Part shown: in pieces, positions 1 through 15,499 of the stretch
How positions within the stretch are numbered: position 1 is the first letter of the stretch
Layout: each line of letters starts with the position of its first letter
Origin: the human T2T-CHM13v2.0 reference genome, Homo sapiens
Length of the DNA stretch: 64,000 nt
Assembly (NCBI RefSeq): GCF_009914755.1
Contig: NC_060931.1
Strand: one strand, 5' to 3'
Notes under the pieces: generated by a model
What the model was told of the DNA's origin: nothing
Database searches by the model: none
Seen by the model: the letters and a program-made list of their open reading frames with translations, nothing else
Made by a program: the position numbers and the translations under genes

Positions 1-130
1 GGCTAATTTTTTTGTATTTTTAGTGGAGACGGGGTTTCACCATGTTGGCCAGACTGGTCTCGAACTCCTGACCACAGGCAGTCCACTTGCCTTGGCCTCC
101 CAAAGCGCTGGGATTATAGGTGTGAGCCAT
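1..130 (-). mobile_element. Alu (partial, truncated by window edge)
   Basis: Reverse-complement Alu left arm (gtagagac..ggggtttcaccatgttggcc..cccaaagcgctgggattatagg). Confidence 0.9.
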
Positions 131-167
131 CTATTCAACTTTTCAAAAGATTATATTAAAAATTCAG

Positions 168-487
<320 letters not shown>

Positions 488-1648
488 TCACATAACAAAT
501 ACTTCTTTGTCGAGCACCCACCTAGGCTGTGGTGATTACAGCAGACAAATCCATTTAAAAGTCTTGCTGAATTCACAGTAGTCTTTTGTCCCTGTGTGTT
601 TTCTTAAAACCTAGAAGTACAACTGTTGTTGTGTGTGGTGGGTGACAAAGTGTGTTCATGTTAAGGGGCACTCGTGTTCCCACCTTGGGTCCTGTGCCAG
701 GTGGGAGGGTGGAGCCCAGGCCCTGCTCTTATGAGATGAAGTGCATGTGGGCCCGGGGACTGGCACCGGGACCGGGCCGCTGGCCGCTGTCAGTCAGCAT
801 CTTGACCACCTGCTAGGGGCTTCCCTCGGGACCGTGGGTCAGAGGCCTCAGTCAGCAAAGCCACAGTCTTTCCTCACCCCATCCTGGCATTTTAGGCAGG
901 GGCCATTTTTGTAAGGTTTTTTCTGTTTGTTTGTTTGTGTTTGACCCATACTAAGTAATATACGTAATAGCAGAAAGTTTGTAAACACACACGGACTCTT
1001 GGAAACTGTGTTGCACAGAGGGAAGCTCCCTGTCTCTCCGCCCACTTCCTGGCTGAGAAACAGGGAGAGCCCCCACCCTGGAAATGAGGTGCTCATGGAC
1101 TGTGCCGGGAAGAGCCCGCGGTGCTGCAGCAGTCAGTGACGGATCCCTTCCTACCCGCTCTTGTGAATGTCGGGAAGGACCCGGGGCTTTGTGGGAGCCT
1201 GAGGACAGGCTGCAGGGGGCAGCCCCTGCCTGCAGTGCGCCCTTTGTGGCGTCTCAGATGGGGTGTCCCGAGCCCAACTCCGAGAGGGTCTTGTGGGGAT
1301 TTCGTGCTCCCCCAGCTGCGGTGCTGTTTTGGAGGGAGATGCCGTCCTGAACCCATGTTACTAGATTCTCATCACATCCCGGGCTGGTTGTGGAGCACCA
1401 AGAACCCTCCTGGCTTCCATGCCTGGGAGAGGCTTGGTGTGAGGTGCCACCTGAGCCTGCTCTGTGCCCTGCACTTCTCTGTGTGGGTCCTGAGCCGTAC
1501 AGCAGCCCCTAAGAGATGTGTCGCGTTCCACTTCACATGGGAAGGCTGCTGTCTCTCCCAGCAGCTACGCCAGTGTCGGGATTGCTCAGCAAGCTGCGGT
1601 GTAAACCTGGCTATCGAGTAATTAGCACCCTTATAAAAACAAAATTAA

Positions 1649-2008
<360 letters not shown>

Positions 2009-3586
2009 TCACAGGACCCTGCCTGGCCGACTCTGCTCTCCCTGCAGCCCTGGCCTGGTGGGTGGGTGCCTGTCCCACCTGCAGCCCCCCATGGAGCTCA
2101 GCTGGTTCCAACCACCTTCAGGTCCCCCATGGCCTGGAGCAGCCGCCACCTCCCCCGCTGGCACGCGTCAATCCTGGCGTCCGCATCACTCACCACCTCC
2201 CTGATGGATGTTGAGCCCTGAGCCCAAGTGGAACTGCCCAGCCATCCCCGGGTCCCCAGCCCAGCACCAGGCCCGGCCCCATGAGTGCTTGAGCCACCAA
2301 GGAGCCTCCTTACTTCTGTAGTGGGTCCACAGGGCCCCTCCTGGGCTGGTGGGGGAATGGCTGTCAGGCAGGCACTTGAGGAAGCAGCTTGCAGGGACCC
2401 GTGCATTGCTATCTCCTCCTGGGCTGGAGGGGACAGGCCATTATGGTGGCTGGATGGTCTCCTTCTGAGGCGGGTGTATCCTGACTCATGCCCTCCCTGT
2501 TGGCAGGGATATCAGGATCAGGTCTGTGTAGGAGCCTCTTGCCTGGGTTCCTAAAGGTCTCAAGCTGCTGGCACTCATCAGGGGTGCCCAGGTGGCTGGG
2601 AAGAGGCTGGTGGGGCATTGAGTGCCCTCGAGGGGTGGAAGCCAGGACTCAGGAGACTGTGGGAAACTCGGTGTCCTGCCCGTGAGCAAAGCCCCAGAGT
2701 GTGGGCGCCTCCCTCCCTGTGCCCACCACAGCCAAGAGGCCACAGTCCCATAGGCCTGGCTGAGACACACGCCTGGGTAGCAGTACAGAGGCTGGGAGGA
2801 AGTGAGCAGGGAACCTGGCATCTGCCGCAGAGGAGGGGCCCAGGATAGGCCGAACCTCCCAGGGAGCCAGTTCAACGGGGCAGGAAGCCAGGGTCTCGGG
2901 AGGCCGGGAGAGAATCATCTCCCACCCCAGGCCTCGGGGTGAGAGAGAATCTGCCTCCCGTCCCTCTGTTCCTGGAAGGCAAAGGTGGGCCGGTGCACCT
3001 GGGTGAGGGGAGCCATGCGGGGGTGAGGGCTGGCAGAGGTGAGTTCTGAACCTGGGGGCAGTGGTGCCATGAGCCCTTCCTTCCCAGGTGACCCCAAAAC
3101 TTGAGCAAGGGTAAAATAAAGCAGAGGTGCAGATGACAGCCTGCTTAGGCTGGGAGTGGGGCGTGTGGGTGTCCTCGAGGTGCAGTCCCTTTGCTCTGAG
3201 TGGGAGACGGGCCTGGCACCAAGGGAAAATCAGCTGACTGAAAAGCAAAGCATCTCGACTCAGGAGCATCCTCAGAGCATGTGCTGAGGGTGGCGAGCAG
3301 GTTTCTGCGCAGTGGCCTGGGGCACGAGGACAGCGGCCCAGAGCTCCGGTGAGCCTGCAGCCCAGTAGGTACTGCTAGACATGGCTTCACCGCAGTAGTG
3401 CTTTTATTATTAAAATCACTGGCGTAGTATGTTTTCAAACTACTCAAACGCGCCACCCCACACTCCAGCACTTTGTGTTTGTGCTGCAAATGTCACAAGA
3501 TTGACAGCTTCTGCTGTGGGTGACAGGAGTTACAGGTTCTAAGCCAGGGACAGCAGGACCAGATCTGCTATCTCAGAAAGAATGGT

Positions 3587-4165
3587 AGTGTGGTTGCTCA
3601 CGCAAGTAATCCCAGCACTTTGAGAAGCCAAGGCAGGAGGATCACTTGAGCCTAAAAGAGTTCAAGACCAGCCTAGGCAACATAGTGATACCTCGTCTCT
3701 ACAAAAAAAAAAAAAAAATTTCTTTTTTTTTGAGACAGGGTCTCGCTCTGTGGCTCAGGCTGGAGCGCAGTGTCATGGTGTGATCTCAGCTCACTGCAAC
3801 CTCTGCATCCCAGGCTCAGGTGATCCTCCCACCTCAGCCTCCCAAGTAGCCAGGACTGCAGACATACACCATCACACCCAGCTAATTTTTCTATTTTTAG
3901 TAGAGACGAGGTTTCTCCATGTTGCCCAGGCTGGTCTCGAACTCCTGGGCTCAAGCAATCTCCCTCGGCCTCCCAAAGTGCTGGGATTACAGGCATGAGC
4001 CACCTCACCCAGCCGCTACAAAAAATTTTTAAAAATTAGCCAGGTGTGGTGTTACACACCTGTAGTCTCAGCCACATGGGAGGCTGCTGCAGTTAGATAA
4101 GCTATGATTGTGCTACTGCACTCCAGCTTGGACTATATTTAGGAAGACCTTGCCTCTGAAAAAAC
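3587..4165. mobile_element. Nested Alus: + strand AluJ split by a - strand Alu (about 3718-4014)
   Basis: Left arm to ~3717, inverted full Alu, then right arm from ~4015; ctacaaaaaa repeated on both sides of the insert. Confidence 0.8.
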
Positions 4166-4279
4166 ACACACAAGAAAGAATGCCTTTCTCTTAGTTCTCA
4201 TACTGTGCCAGGCACTGCCTGTGTGCTTACGTGCCCTTCTCGTATTCCTGCAATTTTTGGAGCATCCCTACAGGGTAGT

Positions 4280-4400
4280 ATTAACCCCATTTTGCAGATG
4301 AGGAAACTGAGGTACACAGATGTAAAGGAAATGGCCCAAGGCTGCTCATTCAAATCGTGGAGACAGGACCTGTACCCAGGAAGTCTGGCTTTGGAGCCTG
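4280..4400 (-). mobile_element. MIR fragment
   Basis: MIR core cccattttgcagatgaggaaactgagg. Confidence 0.75.
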
Positions 4401-4559
4401 TGCTGCCACCTTTATGCACAGGGAGAAAGATAAGACCTTTAAAAACAGAGCAGAAATTTAGAAGAATGTTGTCTAATCTTGGGATGAGAGATCCTCTTAA
4501 GCGGACAGAAAACCCAGAATTTATAGAGGAACAAACTGACAGATTCCCCCCACCCCCAG

Positions 4560-5400
4560 CTTTTTATTTTGAAAAATGACAGCATTTAAAAATGTGATCA
4601 TTATTAACATTTTACCGCATTTGCTGGCTCTCTGTCACTGCCTCATGCTCACATATGTTTTTTCAGCAGTTGTAGACACACTGACACATCTTCCCAAGCT
4701 CTTCAGCAGGCATCTCCTGAGGACAGGCACATCATTCTACACAACCATTACACCGGAATAGCACCTAGGAAGGTCAGAAGAGCTCCCTGATATTTAGTAG
4801 CTGACCCATAACCACACTTCCCCAGCGATGCCTGAAAGTTCTTACAGAGCTTTTTTTGTTTTCCTAGATAAGGATGAAACAGGATCCAATGTGATACCTT
4901 TTCCCCCATGACATGGACTTATTGTAGGGCCAGGACCCATTTTCCTGTAGAAGGCCCGAGTCCTGGAACCGTGACGTGGGCTGGCTGGCGCTGGGTGTTT
5001 TCTGTCTTGTTCCTTTCTCCCTTGTGGGGTCTTTGAACTGAACTGTGATCTGGAAGCTCAGCGGGAACACCCGGTTCCTCCACGGGACCACAGCCTTAGT
5101 GCCGTGGGGGGGGCGTGAGGACTGGGTCTCTCCAATGTGAAGGTTCATTTCCTCCCTCTGTAATTAGTAAGTAGTCTGTAGGGGTGATCATTCCACACGC
5201 TCGAAATAAACTGCCCCGCACAACTGTTCACCTGATGGTTTTAGCGTCCATCAGTGATCTTTGCCTGAGTTGGTGATATCGGGATTGTCAAGGTGGCCGT
5301 AAACCCGACAATCTTTCTGTAAGTATTAGCCAGTGTTCTGTTAAGAGCAGCATCTCCCCACTCTTATCTTTAGTGTCGCCCTTGTGTCATGGATTTTGTT
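4560..5400. mobile_element. Old L1 (L1M-type) 3' remnants
   Basis: Resembles L1MC-family 3' end (catctcctgaggacaggcacatcattctacacaacc); recognised by eye only. Confidence 0.4.
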
Positions 5401-6576
5401 GTTCAAATGTTATAACCAGTGACAAAACTAGCAGAAATGTAATTACATTTCTGGGTCATAAAGCAGGAGGACCTCTTGCAGTGCACATGTGCCGGATACA
5501 TGCTTTGCGTGCCCGCTATACGAAGAGCTCCTGCAGATTAAGAAAACGATTTGAAAAACCCAAGAGAAAAACAGGCCAAAAGAAAAGAAAGACAGGCAAA
5601 GAGTAGGATCAAGACAAATGAAAGAAGAGGAAATGCTTTGTGTTGCTGATGAACATGAAAAGGCGCAACCTCACTAGTAATCAGGGGCGTGCCCATCAGA
5701 AGCGCCAGGGACTGGTTCCCCGGTTGGAAGAGCAGACTGCTGGCGCACAGGGTGCACCGACATCCCCACCCACGGCTGGTGGAGAGCAGGAGAAGGGATT
5801 GCTACGACCAACCTGGAAAAGTAACGGCGTTATCCATTCACATGAAGCATTCACATGCCTCGGGAAGAACACACCATAGGCACACAGGTATTGATTACCG
5901 CCTTGCTTGTGGTAGCTAAAAAAGAAGGAAGTGACGTGACTGTCCCTCAGCAGGGGAAGGGTTGAAGAACGGACAGAACATGCATACTGTGAGATGCTAT
6001 GAAGCCAGGCCACCGGAGCAAGCTAGAGCCAACCCAGTGGCCTGGGGAGGGCCCCAGGTGCCCCTGGCGGGGCGGTTTGGTGTGAACTGCAGCGTGAGCA
6101 GGAGCTGGGAAGACAGTCACTCAGGACGCATCTGTGTTAAGGAGAGGGAAGAGGGCATGCGGCCAAAACAGTGGTTTTCTGAGCATGTTGTGAATGTTTT
6201 CTTACCCTGAAATAAAATTTAAAAAAGATTGGCAGAGTGCACATTTATACTAGCCACAGCCTGTGTTCTTCCTCTGTATCCCCTCAGAGTCTGACTCAGA
6301 GGATTTTCCTCTCCTCATTCCAAGGGGGAACAGTCTTCTGTTTCTTTTTACAAAGTAATATATCGTCTGTAAACATTTCAGAAAACAGGGTGATGTACAC
6401 TTACTGCAGAAAAACATAAAAGAAGCAAAAGAAGTCACCAGTAATTCTAACCAGAGGCAGGCAGCCACGGTCACCATTTTGTCATTATTTTGATATTTTC
6501 TTGCATTTTTTATACAGGTCCATATAATTTTGTTACATACAAATTTGTATCTGACTTTTTAAACAATCAAGTATTA

Positions 6577-6865
6577 TGCCAGTCATGGTGGCTCACACCT
6601 GTAATCCCAGCACTTTGGGAGGCTGAGGTGGAAGGATCACTTGAGGCCAGGAGTTTGAGACCACTGTGGGCAACATAGGGAAACCCCGTCTCTACAAAAA
6701 AAAAAAAAAGAAAAAAAATTAGCCGGGCATAGCTGACACACACCTGTGCTCCCAGCTACTTGTGGGGCTGAGGTGGGAAGATCTCTTGAGCCCGGGAGGG
6801 GAGAGGCTCCAGTAAGCTCTAATCTCGCCACTGCACTCCGGCCTGGGGAACAGAGCCTGTCTCCA
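6577..6865 (+). mobile_element. AluJ-like SINE
   Basis: Alu dimer with middle A-rich linker. Confidence 0.85.
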
Positions 6866-6894
6866 ACCCCTCCATTCCGCCCCCCCCCCCGACA

Positions 6895-6934
<40 letters not shown>
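6895..6934. repeat. (CA)n microsatellite
   Basis: Uninterrupted CA run. Confidence 0.95.
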
Positions 6935-6937
<3 letters not shown>

Positions 6938-6965
6938 CAAGCATTGCCACCCACCCATGCTAGGT

Positions 6966-7417
6966 AAGAGTCTTTTTTTTTTTTTTTAAACCAGCTCATG
7001 TTTAATTGTGACATTTTAAAATTGTACAAGTATTTTGACGTCTGCCCCCCACATTTAGTCTCTTAAAATGACAGGAAAACACCAACCAATCTGAGGTTTA
7101 ATGGGTTTAATAAGTTTACCTCTCAGTTCCTACTTGTAGCACCCAATATTCCTTTGAAAATATGAAACAGACCTGTCAGTGGCCAGCAGTGAATTTCTGC
7201 CCCGCCAACAGAGTTGAAAAGTTCAGGTACTCTGAGCATTGTGTTGCAGTGGCACTTGTCCAGAATTGGTACCTCCCCATAGTTGGGGGCTTTAAATGTA
7301 CCAGTGAAAATAGCTTTTTCCTCTTCAAGCGGAAGAAAGAAAATCACTCCTCAAAACACAGCAGATCTGGGTGTGAGGTCTTTCCTTTTGTCTCTTCAGG
7401 CTGGTGAAAGAGTCTTT
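6966..7417 (-). pseudogene. Retrotransposed mRNA 3'-end fragment (5'-truncated processed pseudogene, parent unidentified)
   Basis: Poly(T) 6973-6987, ATTAAA on - strand at 7001-7006, direct repeat AAGAGTCTTT at 6966-6975 and 7408-7417 (TSD), non-Alu body. Confidence 0.7.
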
Positions 7418-7434
7418 GCAAAAATTTATATTAA

Positions 7435-7895
<461 letters not shown>

Positions 7896-8079
7896 CTCTC
7901 AGGTGCTTTTAAACTTCTGTCCACTAGACTCTCAGCCTGTCTGAATCTTTTAAAAAATCGCTGCACTGTTACCTGCAGTGGCCTAGAGCATCCCTCACAG
8001 TGCAGCACCTTCGCACGTCTGCACCTGCACTTTCAGCAGCTGTTTTCCACACTTCCTCCACATCAGTCCTGCAAAATTA

Positions 8080-8732
<653 letters not shown>

Positions 8733-10079
8733 TTTTTTTTTTTTTTACTTTTGTAAAAAATACAAAGGCAAGTGGAAGGGATGGTGCTGCTGACAGGGAA
8801 TGAATCTCATACTTGGAATGCATTTTAGAGGCTCATTGGGTTGGAAGAGGCAGAACTCTAGCTCATGGGACTGCAGCTGGCCTGCCTGTTCAGAGAGAAC
8901 CACATTTTTAAATGTCGAAAGTGTAGGCGATGGGTCAGTTATGAGAAAAAGGTGCAACACGGCATAGAGCCGTACGATGCTTCATATTCTGAGTCTGGAG
9001 CCCCCACCGTCCCACCCTGTGGTGGTGGCCCACCTCCTGCCCCCACCCTTCAGGCCATGGGAGGGCTGGAGATGCTGTGAGGTGTAGGATCCTCTGGCAC
9101 GGCACCGGCCCATGCGGGGGGTGCAGCACATGCTGGTCGCGTTCCTCTCCAGGGGGGAGCTGCTAGAAAGCAGAGCTAAGCCCACAGTTGCTGTTGCTGG
9201 TCAGAGCTGGAGTGGCGTCACGGGCACTTCCAGGGTCTTAGAACATGGCCAGATGGGACAAAGCCAGGAGGCCAGATGGGGGACATGCTGAGGGACCGAG
9301 TCTTCGAGGGGAGGGCCTTTGTCCTGTCCACCATTGCACCCAGCACAGAGCTCATGGATAGACAGGAAAACAAACTGCTCTCAAGTACCATCTGTAGTAC
9401 TACAATACCGCCATGTCACCGGCCTGGTGTCGAAAGGCCATTTTCGGCTGGAATGACAGCCACTCCCACCCCCACCCTGGGGTAATCTCAGTTTCCCTGC
9501 TCCTTGCACTGCTCTCGGTCCTGTGGCTCTCTCTGCCACCCGCACCCCCACCAGCACCTCTGCCGCCTTCTCTCCCTCAGCTTTTCCCTGGGGAGGAGAG
9601 GACCAAAGTCACTGGGGAGCTCTCAGACCGACATCCTGACCTCTGGAGATGGGGCAGAATCCCCGGGCCTCAGAGCAGCCTTCGGAGGGTCCCAAGGATG
9701 TAGGCTGGGTCCTACGCCAGTCCAGACTGCCAGCCGCGTCACCTTGAGGCAGGGTGGGGCAGAGACTTCAGTCTGCTTGCCCTGAATGCACTTAGTAAGC
9801 ACTCAAAAAATAATGTGAAATGATGACTTAGAGGCCCAAGCTCCAGCCTGGGATTCTGGAGTCCTGGGCCCTGCCCAGGCTCTGTCACTGCTGGGCTGTG
9901 TAACTGCAGGCAAGTGACTTCCCCTCTCTGGGTGTCAATGCCCTCATCTCTAAAAGGAGAGGATGAACCAGAACACGAGTTCTGAACCTGGAACCCATGG
10001 CAGGGATTAAGGGGACTCGGACCTCCTCAGAAAACACCTGTGTGTTCTTCCCAGTATGCACTAGCTTTTCTGGAGAGCT

Positions 10080-10775
10080 CATAGCTTCCTAGGGCTGTGG
10101 TAATAAACCATTGTAAACAGGGTGGTTTGAAACAACCTAAGTCTGTTCCTAGCTGGCTGCGGTGGCCCATGCCTGTAATCCCAGCACTTTGGAAGGTCAA
10201 GGCCAGTTGATCACTTGAGCCCAGGAGTTCTAGACCAGCATAGGCAGCATAGTGAGACTCCCACCTCTGTAAAAAAAAACAAAAAACAAAAAACAAAGAA
10301 AACAAAGAAAAAATAGCTGGACATGGTGTTGCATGCCTAAAGTCCCAGCTACTTGGGAGGCCGAGGCAGGAGGATTGCTTGAGCTTAGGAAGTCGAGGCT
10401 GCAGTGAGCTGTGATTGCCTGGTTAACAGAGGGAGACCCTGTCTCAAAAACCAAAAAGTTTACTGTGTCACAGTTGTGGAGGCCAGATGTCTGAGATAAA
10501 GGTGTGGGCAAGGCCACGCCCCCTCTGAAGGCACTAGGGAGAGATCCGCCCCACACCTCTCTTCCTGGCTTGTCGATGCCGTCTTCTCCCTGCATCTCTT
10601 CACATTGACTTCCCTTGGTGTCTGTCGACATGCCCAAATTCCCCCCTTTTATAAGGACACGAGTCAGATTGGATTCAGGGCCCACCCTACTCAAGTATGA
10701 CCTCATCTTAATTACATCTGCAACAACCCTATTTCCAAATAAGGTCACATTCTGAGGTCCTGGGGGTTAGGACTC
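10080..10775 (-). mobile_element. MaLR (MLT1-type) solo LTR interrupted by a + strand Alu (about 10152-10450)
   Basis: MLT1 hallmarks ttataaggacac..gggcccaccct..tatgacctcatcttaattacatctgcaa..ccctatttccaaataaggtcacattctgagg. Confidence 0.75.
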
Positions 10776-11539
10776 AGGGCTCTCCAGGGTCCTCCGTATC
10801 TCTGAGGTCTCTTAGAGGGGAGATGGAGGGACCAGCCCAGGAATCAAAGCCAAGCTGAGGGGGAGCTGCTAAGGTTTCATGGGCTGACTGCATCTGCCTG
10901 GCTTTCTGATGTGGAGAGGGCTGGTTTCAGTGATCCCAGCGTCCACTCTGGCTCTCCCTTGCGCAATAGGAGCAGCTCCTTCTGTTGCTTGCCCGCTGCA
11001 CGCCAGGCACCATGCGGCCCTCCATGCTCACAGGGCTGGCCTGCACAGCACCTTTAGCTGGAAGCTGGGCCATTCCTAATTTACAGACAGACCTGAGGTT
11101 AAGGAGACCGTGGCTGGTCACCCACCAATAGGTGCCAGAGGCTGAACTTGAATCCAGCTTTCTCAACTCCAGGGTGCGCCGTGCCTTTCAACTTGGGGCC
11201 TGTGCAGATTATTTTGCCTGTGCCTGTGACTTCTCTCAAAAGACTGGCCCAGCCAGGGCCCATCTCTCTTAGGCCTTCCTCCCCACAAAGAGGCCAAAAG
11301 CCCTGGGAGCACAGTGCATGCTCAGCAAAGACTTCCACTCATTCACTCGGGGAATCATGGCCACCTTCATGTGCCTGGCAGAGTTCTGTTGTGGGGGCAC
11401 TTGCTGACAGTGGCAAGTGTTAGATGATGTTAGCATGGTCACTGAGATGGTCAGCCTCCCAAGGAAGGGATGCTTCAGCCACGGTCCAAATGCCTTCAGG
11501 GACAAGCAGGGCAGAGGCCCGGGAGGTGTCAAGGCTGGA

Positions 11540-12030
11540 TGGGGATGGAGGCGGGTCCTGGGGAGGGTGTCAGGTGAGAGCAAGCAGGTAGTCAGGAGCA
11601 CACGGGGCACTGGAACAGAATAAGGGGATTGGGTGCCATTCTACGCCAGCTGGAGAGCCATTGCAGGGCTTTGCTGAGAGGTGACCAGGTTCTGGTCTGA
11701 AGAGGTCCGCCCCAGCTGTAAAGGAAATCACTTGGCAGTGGTGGTGATGGAGGCTGGAGATGGGAGACCCCTAGGAAGCTGATGTGGTGCTTAGGCCCGG
11801 GAGGATGGTGGCTTGCCTTTGAGTTGAAGAAAGGAGCTGGTGATGGATCTGGGCCACATTTAGGAGGGAGCGCCACCAGGACTGACACGGATTGGGCTGG
11901 GGGAGTGGTAAGGAAGGGAATGGAGGGTGTTACTAGCAGGCTTTTGGCTTGTGCGGCTCCAGAGCTCATGTGGTGCTGTTGAAGATGGGGGATGCTGGAA
12001 TGGAGCTGTTAGGGGTGGAATTTAGGTCCA
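11540..12030 (-). mobile_element. L2 LINE fragment
   Basis: Degenerate L2-like text (gagagccattgcagggctttg..aggactgacacggattgg..ggcttttggcttg). Confidence 0.5.
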
Positions 12031-13492
12031 TGGCTGCTGCTGCAGCAACTCGAGTTGTCTCGGGACAGCTGCTGGGACACTTAGGGAGGACTGTGGCCCC
12101 ACTGGGGAGGCATCCTGAGCGCTCTCCCCCCGCCCCCCGTCTTCTCCTCTGATTCCCTAAGCTCCAACTTGGAGAGCCTGCTGGACACCAGCCAGTCCTG
12201 GGGGGCGAAGGGGTCTTGGTGTGGCCCCCACTGCCTCCCGGGCTCAGTGGCGGGTGTGTGGCCAGCCCTAGCATCCTGCCAGCCTTCCCGGCCACTGCCT
12301 CAGCCCCGGCTGCAGGAAGATGTTTTGCTGCCACCTTGTGGGCAAGAAGGGCCTGACTGTTTGGGAGGGCCACGGTGGTTCTGGGACCACACCTGGCTGC
12401 TGGTGGTTCTGCTCCACACCCTGCGGAGCTGGCCACAAGCTCCGGCTTTCAGGAGAAGGCTTATCCATCCTCCCTCATCTCCTCGAAAGAAATCTGCCAA
12501 CTCCCTGTGGGCCACGTGGGCTGCAGCGGGCACAGCCAGGGCTCACCAGTGGATCAAGCAACACACACCTGGAGGCGACCAGTTCCCACATCCTCAGGAC
12601 CAGCTTTCTCTTTCTGGCAGGGTCTCACACCTCACACCTGCCCAGGGGTGTTCTCTCTCCCCGTCATGACCCCCCCGGCCCCTCACCCCCCTGTGCACAC
12701 GCAAGCAGGGCACCCGAGGCCCAGGCCAGCACAGAAACTGGGCATAACTAGAGTCGGCTTTTCCTCCTGACATCCAGGTAGTCCACAGAAGGGGGTCTTG
12801 AGCCCGGCTTCTGCGCTCTCTGGCTCCGGGGCAGGCTGTGTTCGTCCTGCCCCAGGATGCACACTGCGGGCATTTGTGAGAGATTTCCTCTTAGTCCCCC
12901 AGAAACTGCCATGGAGCCTCTCAGCCCCTGAGAGTCACATTCAGTCCAGCGTTTCCGGTGGCCTTAATAAACAGAGAACTGACGTGAGGGCTTGTGTTGT
13001 GGGATTTCAGTACTGTTCGTGTAGTCCCAGCCTGGAGCTTTTTAGGTTTGTCCTAATTTCCTTCGGGCCCAGTAGGTAGTGGCTGTCTGTGTCGAGCACA
13101 GCTGTGTTTGCTGCGTGTCTTTGGAGCAGAATCTTATCAGGCACAACAGAGACCTTATCTCTGACCCTGGGCTGACCCAATGAGCAAAAGAGGTGTGTGC
13201 CTGCAGCTGTTCTCCTTTTCGGGGTCTTTGACTGGCTTGATGTCCTGAGACATTTATGTGGGAGCAGGTGCCCTTCCCTGTCTAGTTTCTCCGGGTCAGG
13301 AAAGTTTTCTGGGGAAAAGGACTGGGAAGGAGAGGGCAGCCAGGTGAGGAAGAGAAAGCTGTTCTGGGTTTGGGAGTTGACCCAGGTGGCACTTTCTCCT
13401 TGGACTGATTCTGCAGGTGCAGTGGGACTACATGTCTTCTGAGACTGTAAGATGTTCTTTTGGGGACTGGGATTGCTGCCTGCCTTCCCCGA

Positions 13493-13495
<3 letters not shown>

Positions 13496-13523
<28 letters not shown>
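13496..13523. repeat. (TG)n microsatellite
   Basis: TG run. Confidence 0.95.
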
Positions 13524-13694
13524 CCAGCATGTGTGCAGCTGGGGCCTTAACCCCCTTCTTTCCCATCCTACTGTTCTCCCACTGAAAGAGGCAGCTAGGT
13601 TCTAAAGTGATCCATCCCCTGTCGGATACCGTGTCCCCATCCCCTCTCCGTCTCCAGAGGTCGGCTCCCATAGCTGCTGTCCTGTGCTTGCTTC

Positions 13695-14229
<535 letters not shown>

Positions 14230-15499
14230 TAGATAGGGAAGTCAAGGCAGAATGTGTTTCCTTTTGATCTGCAGCTCAGTGACGTTGGCCGGCTTCACTG
14301 AGTTGTGTTCTTGTCTCTGTACCTGCCTGGGGACCTGGGAAGGGCCCCTCTGCTGGTACTTCCATTGTGGGGGGAACATGCATCCCATACAGGAAGAAGC
14401 CGTCTTCACCAACGCTAATAACTAGTCCCACGGAAATACAAACTCACCACCAGGGCCTCTCCAGGCCTGGGAGATCCAGCCCAGGACTTGGGAATTTCCA
14501 GCGCTCTTTTCTGCAGGGAGCACCTAGGATGGAGAGGCCCTGCCTTCCTTAGGCATTCCCACTCAGCCCCTCAGGAATGTGCCACTTGTATCTCCCACTT
14601 GGCTCTGACCAGGTCCATGGAATTCTAAAGCTGAAAGGGACGCTGGGAGTTGGGCTGGACTGGGGGTGGAGGAAAGTGGGCAGTATTGTCTTTTTAAAGG
14701 AAATGCAAGCCCCTGGTCCCTTGCCACTACTTAAACTGGTTTCTCCTGATCCGTGGCTGGTATTGAGGCAGCCAGTGGTTTCTGACTTTATGGATGACCG
14801 GAAACTGGCTGGGCTTCAGAGCCTGGGAGAGGACTGATGTTTACAATGCAGTGTCAATCACAGCCGGGGAGCTCTTGCCTCCAATTCTGGGTGAGCTCTG
14901 GGTTTACTGGGTGTCCAGGCAGCCCACAGTCATGAATTGGAAGGGCCTCGGAGCTTGGAGGAGTGTTTTCATTTACAGAACGTCAGGCTGGAGCCAGTAC
15001 CGCAGGCTACCACTTGATCTCAGCCCATCATCCCGACAGGAGGTGAGACCCAGTGAGCAGCAGGGGCCTGGAGAGGTCCGGGCCTCAGAAGTGAGTCACT
15101 CACCCAGAACTGCAGCGGAGGTTATCTTTGACTTCTCTGCTGCCCTTAGGCAGGACGCTTAACTCAGTCCAGACAGATGAGTATCTTCTGGATTTTATAA
15201 TCTCCAAAGAAGACAGCCTCAGTCATCAACAGAAACCGACTGTAGCAGCCAGCAACTCTCGACCTCAGAATGTCAGAGCCGAAACTAAGACAGGACCACC
15301 TCGTTGAAGCTCGCGTGCTGCAGACGAGGACACGCGCGCAGACCCGGCATGGCTGCCTCTGACGTCTCACTCAGGCTTGTCATACTTCTGGGCCTCATGT
15401 TCTTGGCTCTTCTGGCTCTTCCTTTGAAGAATGAGAAATGGCCCGCTTTTCTCCAAAATGGGGCCCAGTGTGTGGTGGACTGAGGACTGTTATTTAGTT

